Part shown: one piece after another, positions 28,765 through 38,482 of the stretch
Numbering within the stretch: the stretch's first letter is position 1
Layout: each line of letters opens with the position of its first letter
Source: an uncultured Ignatzschineria sp.
GTDB taxonomy: Bacteria > Pseudomonadota > Gammaproteobacteria > Cardiobacteriales > Wohlfahrtiimonadaceae
NCBI GenBank assembly: GCA_947632245.1
Contig: CANRON010000001.1
Coordinates: forward strand, 1-63,469
Length of the DNA: 63,469 nt
Reading direction: 5' to 3'
Notes under the pieces: model-generated
What the model was told of the DNA's origin: nothing
The model's database searches: none
Seen by the model: only the letters and a program-made list of their open reading frames with translations
Translations under genes and position numbers: made by a program

Positions 28765-30528
28765 CTATTGCACTGATGCCGCATCAGTAGCCTCTTTTTC
28801 CTCAAGATACCGCATCAAGGCAATAAGGCCATCAATCTCTGTTTCAAGCGCCCATGAGTAATTTACAATATCATCACCGGTAATTTCATCGCGATTAGCT
28901 TTTTTTAGATAGTCTAAAATGTACTCCTCATTTTCGCTCTCTAAAAGCGCGATGACAACGGCGAAGTAAGGCTCAGCACGATCCGGTTCATCTGTCGTGA
29001 TGAAAAAATGAATCAAATCAAATATCGCAGGAAGAGAGTAGTAGTGCGGCATGAACCGATTTTTAGTAATACTATAGTTAATATTGCCAAGCGCGCTATT
29101 GTAATTATGAAGGGCTTCATCAAAATCAGACTGTTGAAGGTGCGTCCAACCGAGCATTGACTCTGTACGGCCTAAATTATAGTAATCCGGCGGGGAGACC
29201 TCTTTATGGGCTGCTAATTTAAACTCAAGGATGTCTTCTGCTTTTTGGTACTCTTTGAATTTAAGATAAAAGTTTGCGTAATTCTCAAGTGCTAAGATTG
29301 TCCGAATATCATTTGTAGTGAGATATTGTAAATCTAAAGCGAGCGCGGCTTGGTAGTTTGCATCTGCTTTTTCAAAGTCATTTGCGGTTTCATAAAAGAG
29401 GGCAAGATTGCGGAGAACTTCGGTGTATTGCGGAGAATAAGCATGATTTTCAAGTATTGCTTTCGCTTTAGTTAAAAGCTCATAAATAACTATTCGTTCG
29501 GTCGCCATATCAAAAGTCCACACAAGTTTGACGAGGATATCAGCGATCTCTAAGTCAAAGCCGGTTAAAGCTTCGTAGATATCAAGTGCATTGGTGTATT
29601 GAAATCTGGCTAAATAGGTATTCTCTTCAATATCTGCAAGTTTTACTAATGCTTTAGCATAGTAGGGCGAGTGTTTATCTGCAATGCCAATTTTTACGGC
29701 TTGCATATAGTATTGGCGTGCTTTAATTGGGTCGTTTGCAAGAAAGAAATAGTCACCTGTCGTGAGCAGTTGTTCGATCTGTTCATGATCGGGAAGATTT
29801 TGATCTTCAATGGTAATAGACTTGTCACGCAATATCTCATGGGGATCGGGGAGATAGGGATATGTACTTGCGGTGACAGGCGCATCGACTTCATATTCAA
29901 AATATTCATCAAAATCTGCTTCTGATCCAAGATCTGTCGCCCAGGGCGAGTTTTCAGTAGAGATACTTAAGCTGCGATCGATCTTGTCAGCAATACGCAT
30001 CATCGAGATATCATTTTGATGTAGATGATCTTGATAAGGCTTTACAATCGGTTCTTGCGAAGTCATTGATTTTCGGTGGGGGAAAAGTGTGACCAATAGC
30101 GAGTTATTAATAGAGATCGGCGTGAAAGGCTTCGCCTCTGAAGTCTCCGTTTCTGACTCGTGTTGACCAATGAGTGAGGATATTTCATTGTGCAGACTTT
30201 CTGTTGTAATCGCGATTGTACTCTCTAACTGCCGAAATTGTTCATTTTCAGATTCTGTTTTGGAGCTACCTGTCGATGTATTATTTCGTAATACAAAATA
30301 AGATGCCCCTAAAAAATAAGGGTAGAAATTCCCAGAAGGATCACTAATTTTCTGATAAGAGATCAAAACGAGCGGCAGTACAAAGGATTGTTTTTGAGGT
30401 TTGTTTTGTAACACTTTTGTAATGGAAAAAATAACAAGCAGGATCACCACAATGCCGAACACTAACGCATAGTATCGACCTAAAGATGCAAAACGCATTA
30501 AACGTAGTGGAGAAAAAGTTTTTTTCAT
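28765..30528 (-). CDS. Membrane-anchored tetratricopeptide-repeat protein, function unknown
   Basis: 587-aa ORF; N-terminal TM helix (ALVFGIVVILLVIFSI), S/T/E-rich linker, C-terminal TPR-like repeats with 42-aa period. Confidence 0.7.
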   Translation of the reverse strand: MKKTFSPLRLMRFASLGRYYALVFGIVVILLVIFSITKVLQNKPQKQSFVLPLVLISYQKISDPSGNFYPYFLGASYFVLRNNTSTGSSKTESENEQFRQLESTIAITTESLHNEISSLIGQHESETETSEAKPFTPISINNSLLVTLFPHRKSMTSQEPIVKPYQDHLHQNDISMMRIADKIDRSLSISTENSPWATDLGSEADFDEYFEYEVDAPVTASTYPYLPDPHEILRDKSITIEDQNLPDHEQIEQLLTTGDYFFLANDPIKARQYYMQAVKIGIADKHSPYYAKALVKLADIEENTYLARFQYTNALDIYEALTGFDLEIADILVKLVWTFDMATERIVIYELLTKAKAILENHAYSPQYTEVLRNLALFYETANDFEKADANYQAALALDLQYLTTNDIRTILALENYANFYLKFKEYQKAEDILEFKLAAHKEVSPPDYYNLGRTESMLGWTHLQQSDFDEALHNYNSALGNINYSITKNRFMPHYYSLPAIFDLIHFFITTDEPDRAEPYFAVVIALLESENEEYILDYLKKANRDEITGDDIVNYSWALETEIDGLIALMRYLEEKEATDAASVQ

Positions 30529-30736
30529 TCACTCTCAACTTCAATCAAACTGAAAATTATTTAAAATAGACCCCTTGTATACCTTGCACATATAGCATAG
30601 GAGAGGATTTAGGCACATGACTAAACAGTATACTATAAAAACTAAGCGCAATAAAATAGCAAACTGATATCCAGAGCGGCTTATATCGTTGTGGTTGAGG
30701 TTATCACTGTAGACAGTTATTAACTGCATGAAGTGT

Positions 30737-31906
30737 TTATTTGAGAGGCTTATTTTCCAAGAGTTTTTTTAGGTAATTTATGATGACATCCGCGATCGGT
30801 TTTGGCTTGGGAAGCAATAATATATCATTAGGTGAAATGAAGTGATAATGTTGTAAGATCTCTCTGTTTTTCAGAGCGGTGAGAATTTCCTGTTGTGTCG
30901 TCGTCACTTTAAATACAGAAGCTTCTAAAGTGTAATGAGTAAAAAGATGTTTGAAGTTAGTAATGTGTATTTTTGAGTCAAAATCATTTAGGGTGGAATC
31001 TGCGAGAAGCGTACTACTTTGGCTTTTGCTATTTCTGCCTTGAATGAGTAATTCAGGTAATGAATATAAGCTACCCCAGATTCCCGATTCTGCGCGCTTT
31101 TCCATAAGAATATTTCCAGATTCATCCTCGAAAATTAAGAGGGCAACCGATTCGGTGGGGTTGCTTTTTTTGGGTGGTTTTGCGGGGATTTCAGCGACTT
31201 TTTGATATTTGAAAGCGGTACAGTGTGGCTGCATAAAACAGCGTTCACAATGTGGGCTCAATTTACAAAGTGTTGCACCAAAATCCATAATCGCTTGCGT
31301 ATAATCCGCCGGGTTTTGCGCACACAAGAAAGCATTACTAATGGGTTTTAAGCGTTTATCGAGCTCTTTACGGGGGGCTGTCATTCCAGAGATGCGAGAA
31401 AGGACGCGCCTGACGTTGCCATCTAAAATGGCAAATGGAAGATTGAATCCTTGCGCGAGAATTGCATTTGCAGTGGTGTCGCCGATTCCCTTTAAGCTTC
31501 GAATTGCTTCAAAGTCCGAGGGGATACTCCCATTGAAGTTTTCGACCAATTGCTTTGCAGCGAAATGAAGATTGCGCGCGCGTGAGTAATAACCAAGACC
31601 TTGCCAAAGCTTTAGGACTGCTTCTTCAGGAGCTGCCGCTAAGGATTCAGGATTAGGGAAGGCCGCCACGAAACGTTCAAAATAGGGGATCACTGTGACA
31701 ACTTGAGTCTGTTGCAGCATGATTTCAGAGATCCAAATACGATAGAGATTAATTTTTTTACTAAATTGCGGTTGGGGTTTCCAGGGAAGATCATGTCGAC
31801 CTTCCCGCTCAAACCATTCTAGAAGATGTGTCTGAAAGAATTGAATTTGTTCGGCTTGAATAGGTTCAAGTAGTGTTTCATCGATCGGAATTGCGAGGCT
31901 TGTCAT
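30737..31906 (-). CDS. mutY: A/G-specific adenine glycosylase
   Basis: GRHDLPW, WISEIMLQQT, W.GLGYYSRARNL, LDGNVRRV, 4Fe-4S Cys cluster, HLFTH. Confidence 0.94.
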   Translation of the reverse strand: MTSLAIPIDETLLEPIQAEQIQFFQTHLLEWFEREGRHDLPWKPQPQFSKKINLYRIWISEIMLQQTQVVTVIPYFERFVAAFPNPESLAAAPEEAVLKLWQGLGYYSRARNLHFAAKQLVENFNGSIPSDFEAIRSLKGIGDTTANAILAQGFNLPFAILDGNVRRVLSRISGMTAPRKELDKRLKPISNAFLCAQNPADYTQAIMDFGATLCKLSPHCERCFMQPHCTAFKYQKVAEIPAKPPKKSNPTESVALLIFEDESGNILMEKRAESGIWGSLYSLPELLIQGRNSKSQSSTLLADSTLNDFDSKIHITNFKHLFTHYTLEASVFKVTTTQQEILTALKNREILQHYHFISPNDILLLPKPKPIADVIINYLKKLLENKPLK

Positions 31907-31979
31907 TGTATGTTTTTCGTAAAATCGCTAAAAATGGGCAGATAAGATAAGGGGGACTATTTGCAAGATAGTTTACATG

Positions 31980-32001
31980 AAAAAGCCCTCCGAAGAGGGC
32001 T
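31980..32001 (-). terminator. Intrinsic terminator after uraA
   Basis: Minus strand AGCCCTC-TTCG-GAGGGCT-TTTT; cUUCGg tetraloop. Confidence 0.8.
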
Positions 32002-32070
32002 GCATGTACTTTTCTATCATAACAGTTTTAAAGATTTAAACTTTGATAGTGAGTTCTGGTAGTTAGGTGT

Positions 32071-33309
32071 CTAGATATCAACTTCTAAATCTTCTGGTTT
32101 TTCCGCTTTAGGATGGGGCAAAATAAGATTTAAGACAATCGCAAGAACGGAAGCAAGACCCACGCCGGCAAATGGGAAACTTCCGATTTCAATCGTATAG
32201 CCGCCCACTCCGGTAATCAACGTCGCACTGACAATGACAAGGTTGCGAGGAATTGTGATATCCACTTTTGCATCAATGAGCGCTTTAAGACCAAGACTCG
32301 CAATTGTACCAAAGAGTAAAATCATAATACCGCCCATGACAGAAAGAGGGATGGATGCTAAGAATGCATTAAATTTCCCGAAGAAAGCCATGATGATCGC
32401 AAATACCGCGGCATAGGTCATGATTAATGGTTTATCATTTTTAGTCAGCATAACCGCTCCCGTGACTTCACCATAAGTGGTTACTGGTGGTCCGCCGATA
32501 AGCCCTGCAACACAGACGCCTAAGCCATCGCCGGCTAATGTTTTATGAAGCCCTGGGTTTGAAGCGTAATCTTTCCCTGTGACTTTACCAATTGCTAAAA
32601 TGCCGCCGATATGTTCAATCGCTGGTGCTATTGCCACCGGCAGCATAAAGAGCGCCGCCATCCAGTTCACTTCAGGTGCTACAAAATTGGGGATTTTAAA
32701 CCAAGGTGCGGCTGCAACTTTATCAAAGTCGACGAGACCAAGACTTGCAGCAAAAGCATAACCGATCGCAATACCCATTAAAATAGGAACCAAACGAAGG
32801 AATCTTTTGCCAAACATTGTGACGAGAACTGTCACCCCAAAAGTCACCGCAGAGACGAGGATTGATAATTTATAATCATCAACTTGCTCGCCACCAGCTT
32901 TCCCCATCGCCATTTGTGTTGCAACGCCGGCAACAGAAAGACCAATTACGATAATGACAGGACCAATGACAACTGGGGGAATAAGGCGATGAACGGTATC
33001 AATCCCTTTAATTTTGATGGCAAAGGCAAAGACAAAATACATAAATCCTGCGGCAAAAAGACCAAAGAAGGTTGCGCCCATTCCCCAAGTAGAGATTGAG
33101 AAAATAATGGGTGCAATAAATGCAAATGAGGAGCCTAAGAAAATTGGAACTTTCCATCCAGTCACCATTTGGAAGAGGATAGTACCGATACCTGCACCTA
33201 AAAGTGCCATGGAGGGGTTAAGACCTGTTAAAAGGGGGACGAGAACCATCGCACCGAAAGCTACAAATAGAATTTGTAGACCCGCGACGGCATTATGAAG
33301 AACTTGCAT
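32071..33309 (-). CDS. uraA: Uracil/xanthine permease (NCS2 family)
   Basis: GLQILFVAFGA, FLGSSFAFI, EHIG, PVTTYGEVTG, V.GG....LFG.IA. Confidence 0.9.
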   Translation of the reverse strand: MQVLHNAVAGLQILFVAFGAMVLVPLLTGLNPSMALLGAGIGTILFQMVTGWKVPIFLGSSFAFIAPIIFSISTWGMGATFFGLFAAGFMYFVFAFAIKIKGIDTVHRLIPPVVIGPVIIVIGLSVAGVATQMAMGKAGGEQVDDYKLSILVSAVTFGVTVLVTMFGKRFLRLVPILMGIAIGYAFAASLGLVDFDKVAAAPWFKIPNFVAPEVNWMAALFMLPVAIAPAIEHIGGILAIGKVTGKDYASNPGLHKTLAGDGLGVCVAGLIGGPPVTTYGEVTGAVMLTKNDKPLIMTYAAVFAIIMAFFGKFNAFLASIPLSVMGGIMILLFGTIASLGLKALIDAKVDITIPRNLVIVSATLITGVGGYTIEIGSFPFAGVGLASVLAIVLNLILPHPKAEKPEDLEVDI

Positions 33310-33753
33310 AAAGTACCTCTAAAGGGGGAAATGGGGAGATATGGGGTTTTTAGGATTATAACAGGTTCTGATAATGTTGGAGATGCTAATTGATAATAAT
33401 ATTGAAGAGAGTAGCACTATTGATACCGCTTACACTGTATCTGTTTTATGTTTGAAAACGTTCTCACCTCAGGAAAATTGTCATCATTATTCAATCAAAA
33501 AAGAGGGTTCCAAATTTACATATCACCAATAGTTGTCATATTGATCATTATTTGAGATAGTTGTGTTCGATAAAATGATTTATTCGTGAAAGATGAATGA
33601 GAAAAGTTGAAAAGCTAACAAAGTTAGCAATCATCGTGATAACGATAAAAGAATCTATTTCAACGAAATAAGGTATTTTTATATACCATATGCAGAGTTA
33701 TCATGCAGTGATGAACCTATTAAAATAAGAATGAGAGAGGATGTAAGAAGTTT

Positions 33754-34602
33754 ATGAAGACGTATCGATTGGTGATGTCGTGCCCGGATGGGGTGGGGAT
33801 TGTTTCAGCGGTGAGTGGGTTTTTAGCTGAAAATGGCGGCTGGATCATGGAAGCAAATCACCATTCTGACCTTGAGACAGGTCTTTTCTTTATGCGCCAT
33901 GTCATAAAATCAGAGAGCCTGCCTTTTGGTATCGATGAGTTTAAAGAGAAGTTTACGCCGATTGCAGAAAAGTTTAAGCTGAACTGGCGCATTGTGGATA
34001 CTTCAGAAAAGCATAAAGTGATGCTGATGGCGAGTAAGGAAGCGCACTGTTTGGTGGATATACTCTCTCGCTGGCATGCAGATGAGTTGGATTGTGAAAT
34101 TGTGGGAGTGATCTCTAATCATAATGATCTACGTAGTATGGTGGAATGGTATGGAATACCTTTTCATCATGTGCCGGTGGATCCTGAGAATAAAGCGCCG
34201 AGCTTTGATACTGTCAATGCGCTCATTGAAGAGTCCGAAGCTGATACAATTGTGCTGGCGCGCTATATGCAGATTATTCCGCCGAATCTATGTGAGAAAT
34301 ATAAGCATCGAATTATCAATATTCATCATAGTTTCCTTCCTTCATTTATTGGAGCAAAACCTTATCATCAAGCGGCAAAACGCGGAGTGAAGCTGATTGG
34401 TGCGACTTGCCATTATGTGACTGAAGATCTTGATGCAGGACCTATTATCGAGCAAGATGTGATCCGTATTTCACATGAAGATTCTGTAAAAGAGATGGTG
34501 CGACTCGGCAAAGATATTGAAAAAATAGTTCTCTCAAGAGGGCTTCGTTATCATTTAGAAGATCGCGTGATCGTGCAGGGAAATACAACCGTGATATTTT
34601 AA
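33754..34602 (+). CDS. purU: Formyltetrahydrofolate deformylase
   Basis: N-terminal ACT domain (CPD..GIV), SNH, LARYMQI, INIHHSFLP, GAT.HYVT..LD.GPIIEQD. Confidence 0.96.
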   Translation: MKTYRLVMSCPDGVGIVSAVSGFLAENGGWIMEANHHSDLETGLFFMRHVIKSESLPFGIDEFKEKFTPIAEKFKLNWRIVDTSEKHKVMLMASKEAHCLVDILSRWHADELDCEIVGVISNHNDLRSMVEWYGIPFHHVPVDPENKAPSFDTVNALIEESEADTIVLARYMQIIPPNLCEKYKHRIINIHHSFLPSFIGAKPYHQAAKRGVKLIGATCHYVTEDLDAGPIIEQDVIRISHEDSVKEMVRLGKDIEKIVLSRGLRYHLEDRVIVQGNTTVIF

Positions 34603-34624
34603 TCTCGCTAATTAAAAAATGCAT

Positions 34625-34664
34625 AAAAAAACGCAAGCTGAAATTGTTTCAACTTGCGTTTTTT
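34625..34664. terminator. Bidirectional intrinsic terminator (purU / pabC-like)
   Basis: AAAAAAACGCAAG.TGAAA...TTTCA.CTTGCGTTTTTT, A-tract and T-tract flanked. Confidence 0.8.
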
Positions 34665-34780
34665 ATACGGGCATCGGATTTAAAAGAATCGAGGAGATTA
34701 TTGCTTCTTTCTAGCTGAAATGTGGCTGGGGAGAATGTTTCCATACTCATTACAATCTCGCGCTCTCAATTGTTGTTCTG

Positions 34781-35407
34781 TTAGGGTTGAATATTTTTGA
34801 CAGGAAATTCAATCTCGCCAAATTCAATCATCGCATTAAACAGACGAATCTTTTCATACTGTGACAGCGCCACCTGATGAATATCCGTTTCAATAATTAA
34901 CCTATGATGAAGAAGTGATGCGCGTTTAGTGCCTTTTAATAAGGGGCTTTTGGGTGTGTACCAAATGCCATCTTTCAAAAGAGCGATATTGGCAATTGAA
35001 GTATCTGTTAAGAGACCATTTTGCGTGATTAAAATATCATCGCATTTCCCCTTCTGTTGGAAAAGCGTGTTTATTACCGGGCGCTTTTCATATTTAAAAC
35101 TGTAATCGACATCTGACTCGATGAGCTTTAAGCTATTGATATCGCGTTTTTCATAGGGGATAAACTCGATCGATTCTATTTTATCCGTGTAGATAACACG
35201 CGTTTTATAGAGACCTTTCGGAGGGATAGAACCCGTTCTCATTAAGGCAAGCGGCAGCGATAAGCTTTCAGGATTATCATAAAAAGCCGCGCGCGTTTCA
35301 TCCATTCGTGTTTGATGATAGGAGAGCGCAGAGAAGAATCCGCCCTCAAGCTTGATGGTCTCAAGAAATGGGGAGATAGATTTTTTCGATAAGTTCGTCA
35401 TATTCAC
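34781..35407 (-). CDS. Aminotransferase class IV family protein, short PabC-like 4-amino-4-deoxychorismate lyase
   Basis: LETIK, YHQ.R, YK.RV.Y, Y.FKY..R, TDTSIANI, TP..PLL.GT.R, NAM; downstream of pabB. Confidence 0.75.
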   Translation of the reverse strand: MNMTNLSKKSISPFLETIKLEGGFFSALSYHQTRMDETRAAFYDNPESLSLPLALMRTGSIPPKGLYKTRVIYTDKIESIEFIPYEKRDINSLKLIESDVDYSFKYEKRPVINTLFQQKGKCDDILITQNGLLTDTSIANIALLKDGIWYTPKSPLLKGTKRASLLHHRLIIETDIHQVALSQYEKIRLFNAMIEFGEIEFPVKNIQP

Positions 35408-36461
35408 TCTTTGCGTTACTCATGGCAGTAATACCGCCTCCACTTTTAAAGGTGTAGCGGAATAGAATTTCCTCTTCTGTCAGAGGAATCATTTTTAAAA
35501 GTTCATCGCTTGCAATGACTTCTTCGGCATTGGCTTTTTCAGGATCGTTACACTTTTCAAGGTAGCGAATTAGTACGGTGCTATCAAGATCTTTCCCATC
35601 AAAAATGCCGGCAACCCCTGAATAAAATCCGCGATCATAGGTCTCAAGATCCGCTAAAATCTCTGTCGCAGCTTCTCTTGGCGATCCTGTAATAGAGCCT
35701 GCAGGAAGGAGCGTGTAAATAATATCACCGAGTGATTCATAGAAGTTTTCAGAAAGTGTCCCTTCAATGATCGAGCTTGTTTGTAAAATTCCCCCATCGC
35801 CGCGAGGGATATGATCGATATAACGATAACGGCTAATATGGGCATTGCTGGCAACAAGCGAAATATCACATACGCCTTCTTTAGCAACAGTTTCATGCTC
35901 GTCGATTTCTTTTGGATTCTCAAGCAATAGTTGCTCGGCATTCGCAATGCCAGCATTCATTGTTCCCTTCATAGGATAGGTCGAAATAATCCCTTCTTGA
36001 ATAGTGATAAAAGTCTCGGGTGAAAATGAGCAAAAATGGTCTTTTAGAAAGATACGATATTTCGCTTGTGTACGAGAGAAGATCTCCGGCAATGTTAAAT
36101 TACAGGCTATTTTTGTTGGAAATGTCAGATTTGCGAGTTTGATATCCCCTTTTTGTAAGTGGCTGAGTAATTTTTGAAATGATTGATTATATTTCTCAAA
36201 ACTCACCGGCGTACGAATCCACTTCGGTAAAACAGCCGGTGCGCTGTTTTCATTGAGAAGATAACGGGCATTAAATGCGGCAACATTACTTTGATTGCTT
36301 TGGAAATCAAAAGCAATCTCTAAAGGATCAATCTCTGAAAGAGGGATGACGATGTTTTGTGAAGTATCAAAGCTCGCAATAAAGAGAAAAGGGGTTCTTG
36401 CCGCTGCGAGTTGATTAATGGCTCGAATGGCATTGGGTTTATCGAGTTTTTGTATCTGCAT
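35361..36461 (-). CDS. pabB: Aminodeoxychorismate synthase component I (short type), divergent
   Basis: NLTFPT, FSPETF, YPMKGT, LLPAGSITG, RGFYSGV.G, IRY, KSGGGIT..S....EY.E. Confidence 0.8.
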   Translation of the reverse strand: MQIQKLDKPNAIRAINQLAAARTPFLFIASFDTSQNIVIPLSEIDPLEIAFDFQSNQSNVAAFNARYLLNENSAPAVLPKWIRTPVSFEKYNQSFQKLLSHLQKGDIKLANLTFPTKIACNLTLPEIFSRTQAKYRIFLKDHFCSFSPETFITIQEGIISTYPMKGTMNAGIANAEQLLLENPKEIDEHETVAKEGVCDISLVASNAHISRYRYIDHIPRGDGGILQTSSIIEGTLSENFYESLGDIIYTLLPAGSITGSPREAATEILADLETYDRGFYSGVAGIFDGKDLDSTVLIRYLEKCNDPEKANAEEVIASDELLKMIPLTEEEILFRYTFKSGGGITAMSNAKSEYDELIEKIYLPIS

Positions 36462-36565
36462 AGTTCGTATATAATCGTATCAGAAAGAGGAATGAGCATA
36501 CCGATAACGCCGGTATAGAGATAGAAATGCGTATGGAAATAGGTATGAAAAGGCTATAAGAAATA

Positions 36566-37513
36566 TTATTTTGAAGCAGCGATTTTAGGTTTTTTAATTT
36601 CAAAATAACTAATCGCTAGTAGGGCACTGACCATGATAATTGCGCCAATCCAAAACTGATTTGAAACCGCCCAGCCAAAGACAATAAAGCCTAAAAATAC
36701 GTTTAAAGGAAGTTTGAGGTAATCAAAGGGTTGGATGAAGATCACATCTGCATGAGAGTAGGCTTTAGCTACGGCATACTGTGCGATTGCTGTTACAAAT
36801 CCTAATAATAAAAGACTCAGTAGTAGGTCTATTTCTGGTACAAACATAACATCAGGCGCATGACTAAAGTTATCTGTTAGTGCGACAAATAAATTGATAG
36901 GTACCATCAAAATATAGAGATAACTGACCATCGTTAAAGGATGATCCTTATCCGAGAGATGCTTCATCAATAATGCGTGCATTGCCCAGAAAAATGCCGC
37001 TAAAATGGGGAATATGGCGGCACTATTAAAGTTTTGGCTATTGGGTGCTAAAATAATGATAGCACCTACGAATCCTAAGATTGTCGCTGTTACGCGAGCA
37101 GGGGTAAAACGTTCTCTTAAAAACAGAAAAGCGCCTAGACTTGCAAACAGGGGAGAAGTCATTAAAAGAGCAACACCCTCGCCAATCGGAAATTGTATCG
37201 CTAGTGCATGTACCCAGAACTGAATGCCAATAACGGCTACAATAATTCGCCAAAAATGGGTCATGAAATGCCGAGTATAGAGAATCCGTTTCACGCCGAG
37301 TTTTATAAAAAACGGCGCCATAAAAAGGAGTGCAAAGAGATACTGATAAAAAGCAATCCAACTCGATGTAATGACAAATCGCTCTGTCAAAAGTGGTGTT
37401 AATACGTTAATGCCGGCAAAAGCCATACCGGCAATGATCATCCAAAGTGCGCCATGGAGAGAGTAATGTTTGCTTTCAGTGTATCGTTTCAGCAGATATT
37501 GGAGTGTATTCAT
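36566..37513 (-). CDS. ribN: DMT/EamA family transporter, RibN-like riboflavin importer
   Basis: Matches recalled RibN motifs: WM..AG.AFA, IGIQ.W..ALA, ALLMTSPLFA, AAFFWA, QPFD..KLPLNV; symbol from memory of the Vibrio-type protein. Confidence 0.7.
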   Translation of the reverse strand: MNTLQYLLKRYTESKHYSLHGALWMIIAGMAFAGINVLTPLLTERFVITSSWIAFYQYLFALLFMAPFFIKLGVKRILYTRHFMTHFWRIIVAVIGIQFWVHALAIQFPIGEGVALLMTSPLFASLGAFLFLRERFTPARVTATILGFVGAIIILAPNSQNFNSAAIFPILAAFFWAMHALLMKHLSDKDHPLTMVSYLYILMVPINLFVALTDNFSHAPDVMFVPEIDLLLSLLLLGFVTAIAQYAVAKAYSHADVIFIQPFDYLKLPLNVFLGFIVFGWAVSNQFWIGAIIMVSALLAISYFEIKKPKIAASK

Positions 37514-37545
37514 AAGGTTCTGTTTTAATCACTTACGCTTAAGGC

Positions 37546-37572
37546 AAAAAATCTTCCGGAGGAAGATCTTTT
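37546..37572 (-). terminator. Intrinsic terminator after era
   Basis: Minus strand ATCTTCC-tcc-GGAAGAT followed by T run. Confidence 0.65.
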
Positions 37573-37590
37573 GAGGGGTATTACTGAGGA

Positions 37591-38481
37591 TTAAGTAAGA
37601 TCTTTATAGCCTAAAGCATTGAGTGCTTTCTCATCATCAGACCAACCTTCACGCACTTTTACGAAAGCACGCAGGAATACTTTTGCATCAAAGAGGTGCT
37701 CAAGATCAATACGGGCTTGTGTGCTCGCTTCTTTGAGCGTAGCGCCACCTTTTCCAATCACAATGCCTTTTTGACTTTCACGCTCAACAGAAATAGCGGC
37801 TAAAATCCGGTAAAGATTACCTTCAATCTTAAACTCTTCAATTTCAACGGCAATTGTATAAGGGAGCTCTTGATTGAGTCTACGCGTGAGCTTTTCACGG
37901 AGGACTTCAGCGGCTAAGAAAGCACTTGAAACGGTAGTGATTTCATCTTCGCTGTAAGGAAAAGCTTGTTCCGGAAGATACTTCTTAATCACATCAATCA
38001 AAAGCTCTGCTGATTTTTCTTGTTTTGCAGACAATGGCACGATATCTGAGAAATCAAACTTTTCGCTCATTTCTGTTAAGAATGGAAAGAGTAGTGCTTT
38101 GTTTTCAATCTTATCAATTTTGTTAACGACAAGAATGACCGGTGTTTCAACACCTTTGAGTTTGCTTAACACTTTTTCATCATCTTGATTAAAGCGAAGT
38201 GCTTCTACAATAAAGATAATTACATCACCCGATGAAATTGAACTCATCGCAGTTTTGTTGAGCTGTCTGTTAAGTGCTGATTGCATATTGGTATGAATAC
38301 CCGGTGTATCTGTAAAGATTATCTGCGTATCAGCATCTGTATAAATTCCCGTAATCGCATGACGTGTTGTTTGCGGTTTATTGGAGGTAATACTGATTTT
38401 TTGCCCAAGAATCCCATTCATAAGGGTTGATTTACCGACATTTGGGCGGCCGATAATCGATGCAAATCCAGCTTTAGTCAT
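37591..38481 (-). CDS. era: GTPase Era
   Basis: GRPNVGKST, PQTTR, DTPG, NKID, KH domain VIGKGG. Confidence 0.97.
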   Translation of the reverse strand: MTKAGFASIIGRPNVGKSTLMNGILGQKISITSNKPQTTRHAITGIYTDADTQIIFTDTPGIHTNMQSALNRQLNKTAMSSISSGDVIIFIVEALRFNQDDEKVLSKLKGVETPVILVVNKIDKIENKALLFPFLTEMSEKFDFSDIVPLSAKQEKSAELLIDVIKKYLPEQAFPYSEDEITTVSSAFLAAEVLREKLTRRLNQELPYTIAVEIEEFKIEGNLYRILAAISVERESQKGIVIGKGGATLKEASTQARIDLEHLFDAKVFLRAFVKVREGWSDDEKALNALGYKDLT

Positions 38482-38482
38482 C

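Noticed and set aside
30541-30729. 62-aa ORF between mutY and the TPR gene
   Set aside because: No RBS or motif and no resemblance to YggX; more likely promoter DNA
33310-33753. Riboswitch, PyrR element or Fur box in the uraA-purU divergent spacer
   Set aside because: No recognisable riboswitch core; best Fur-like matches are only about 10-11 of 19 in very AT-rich DNA
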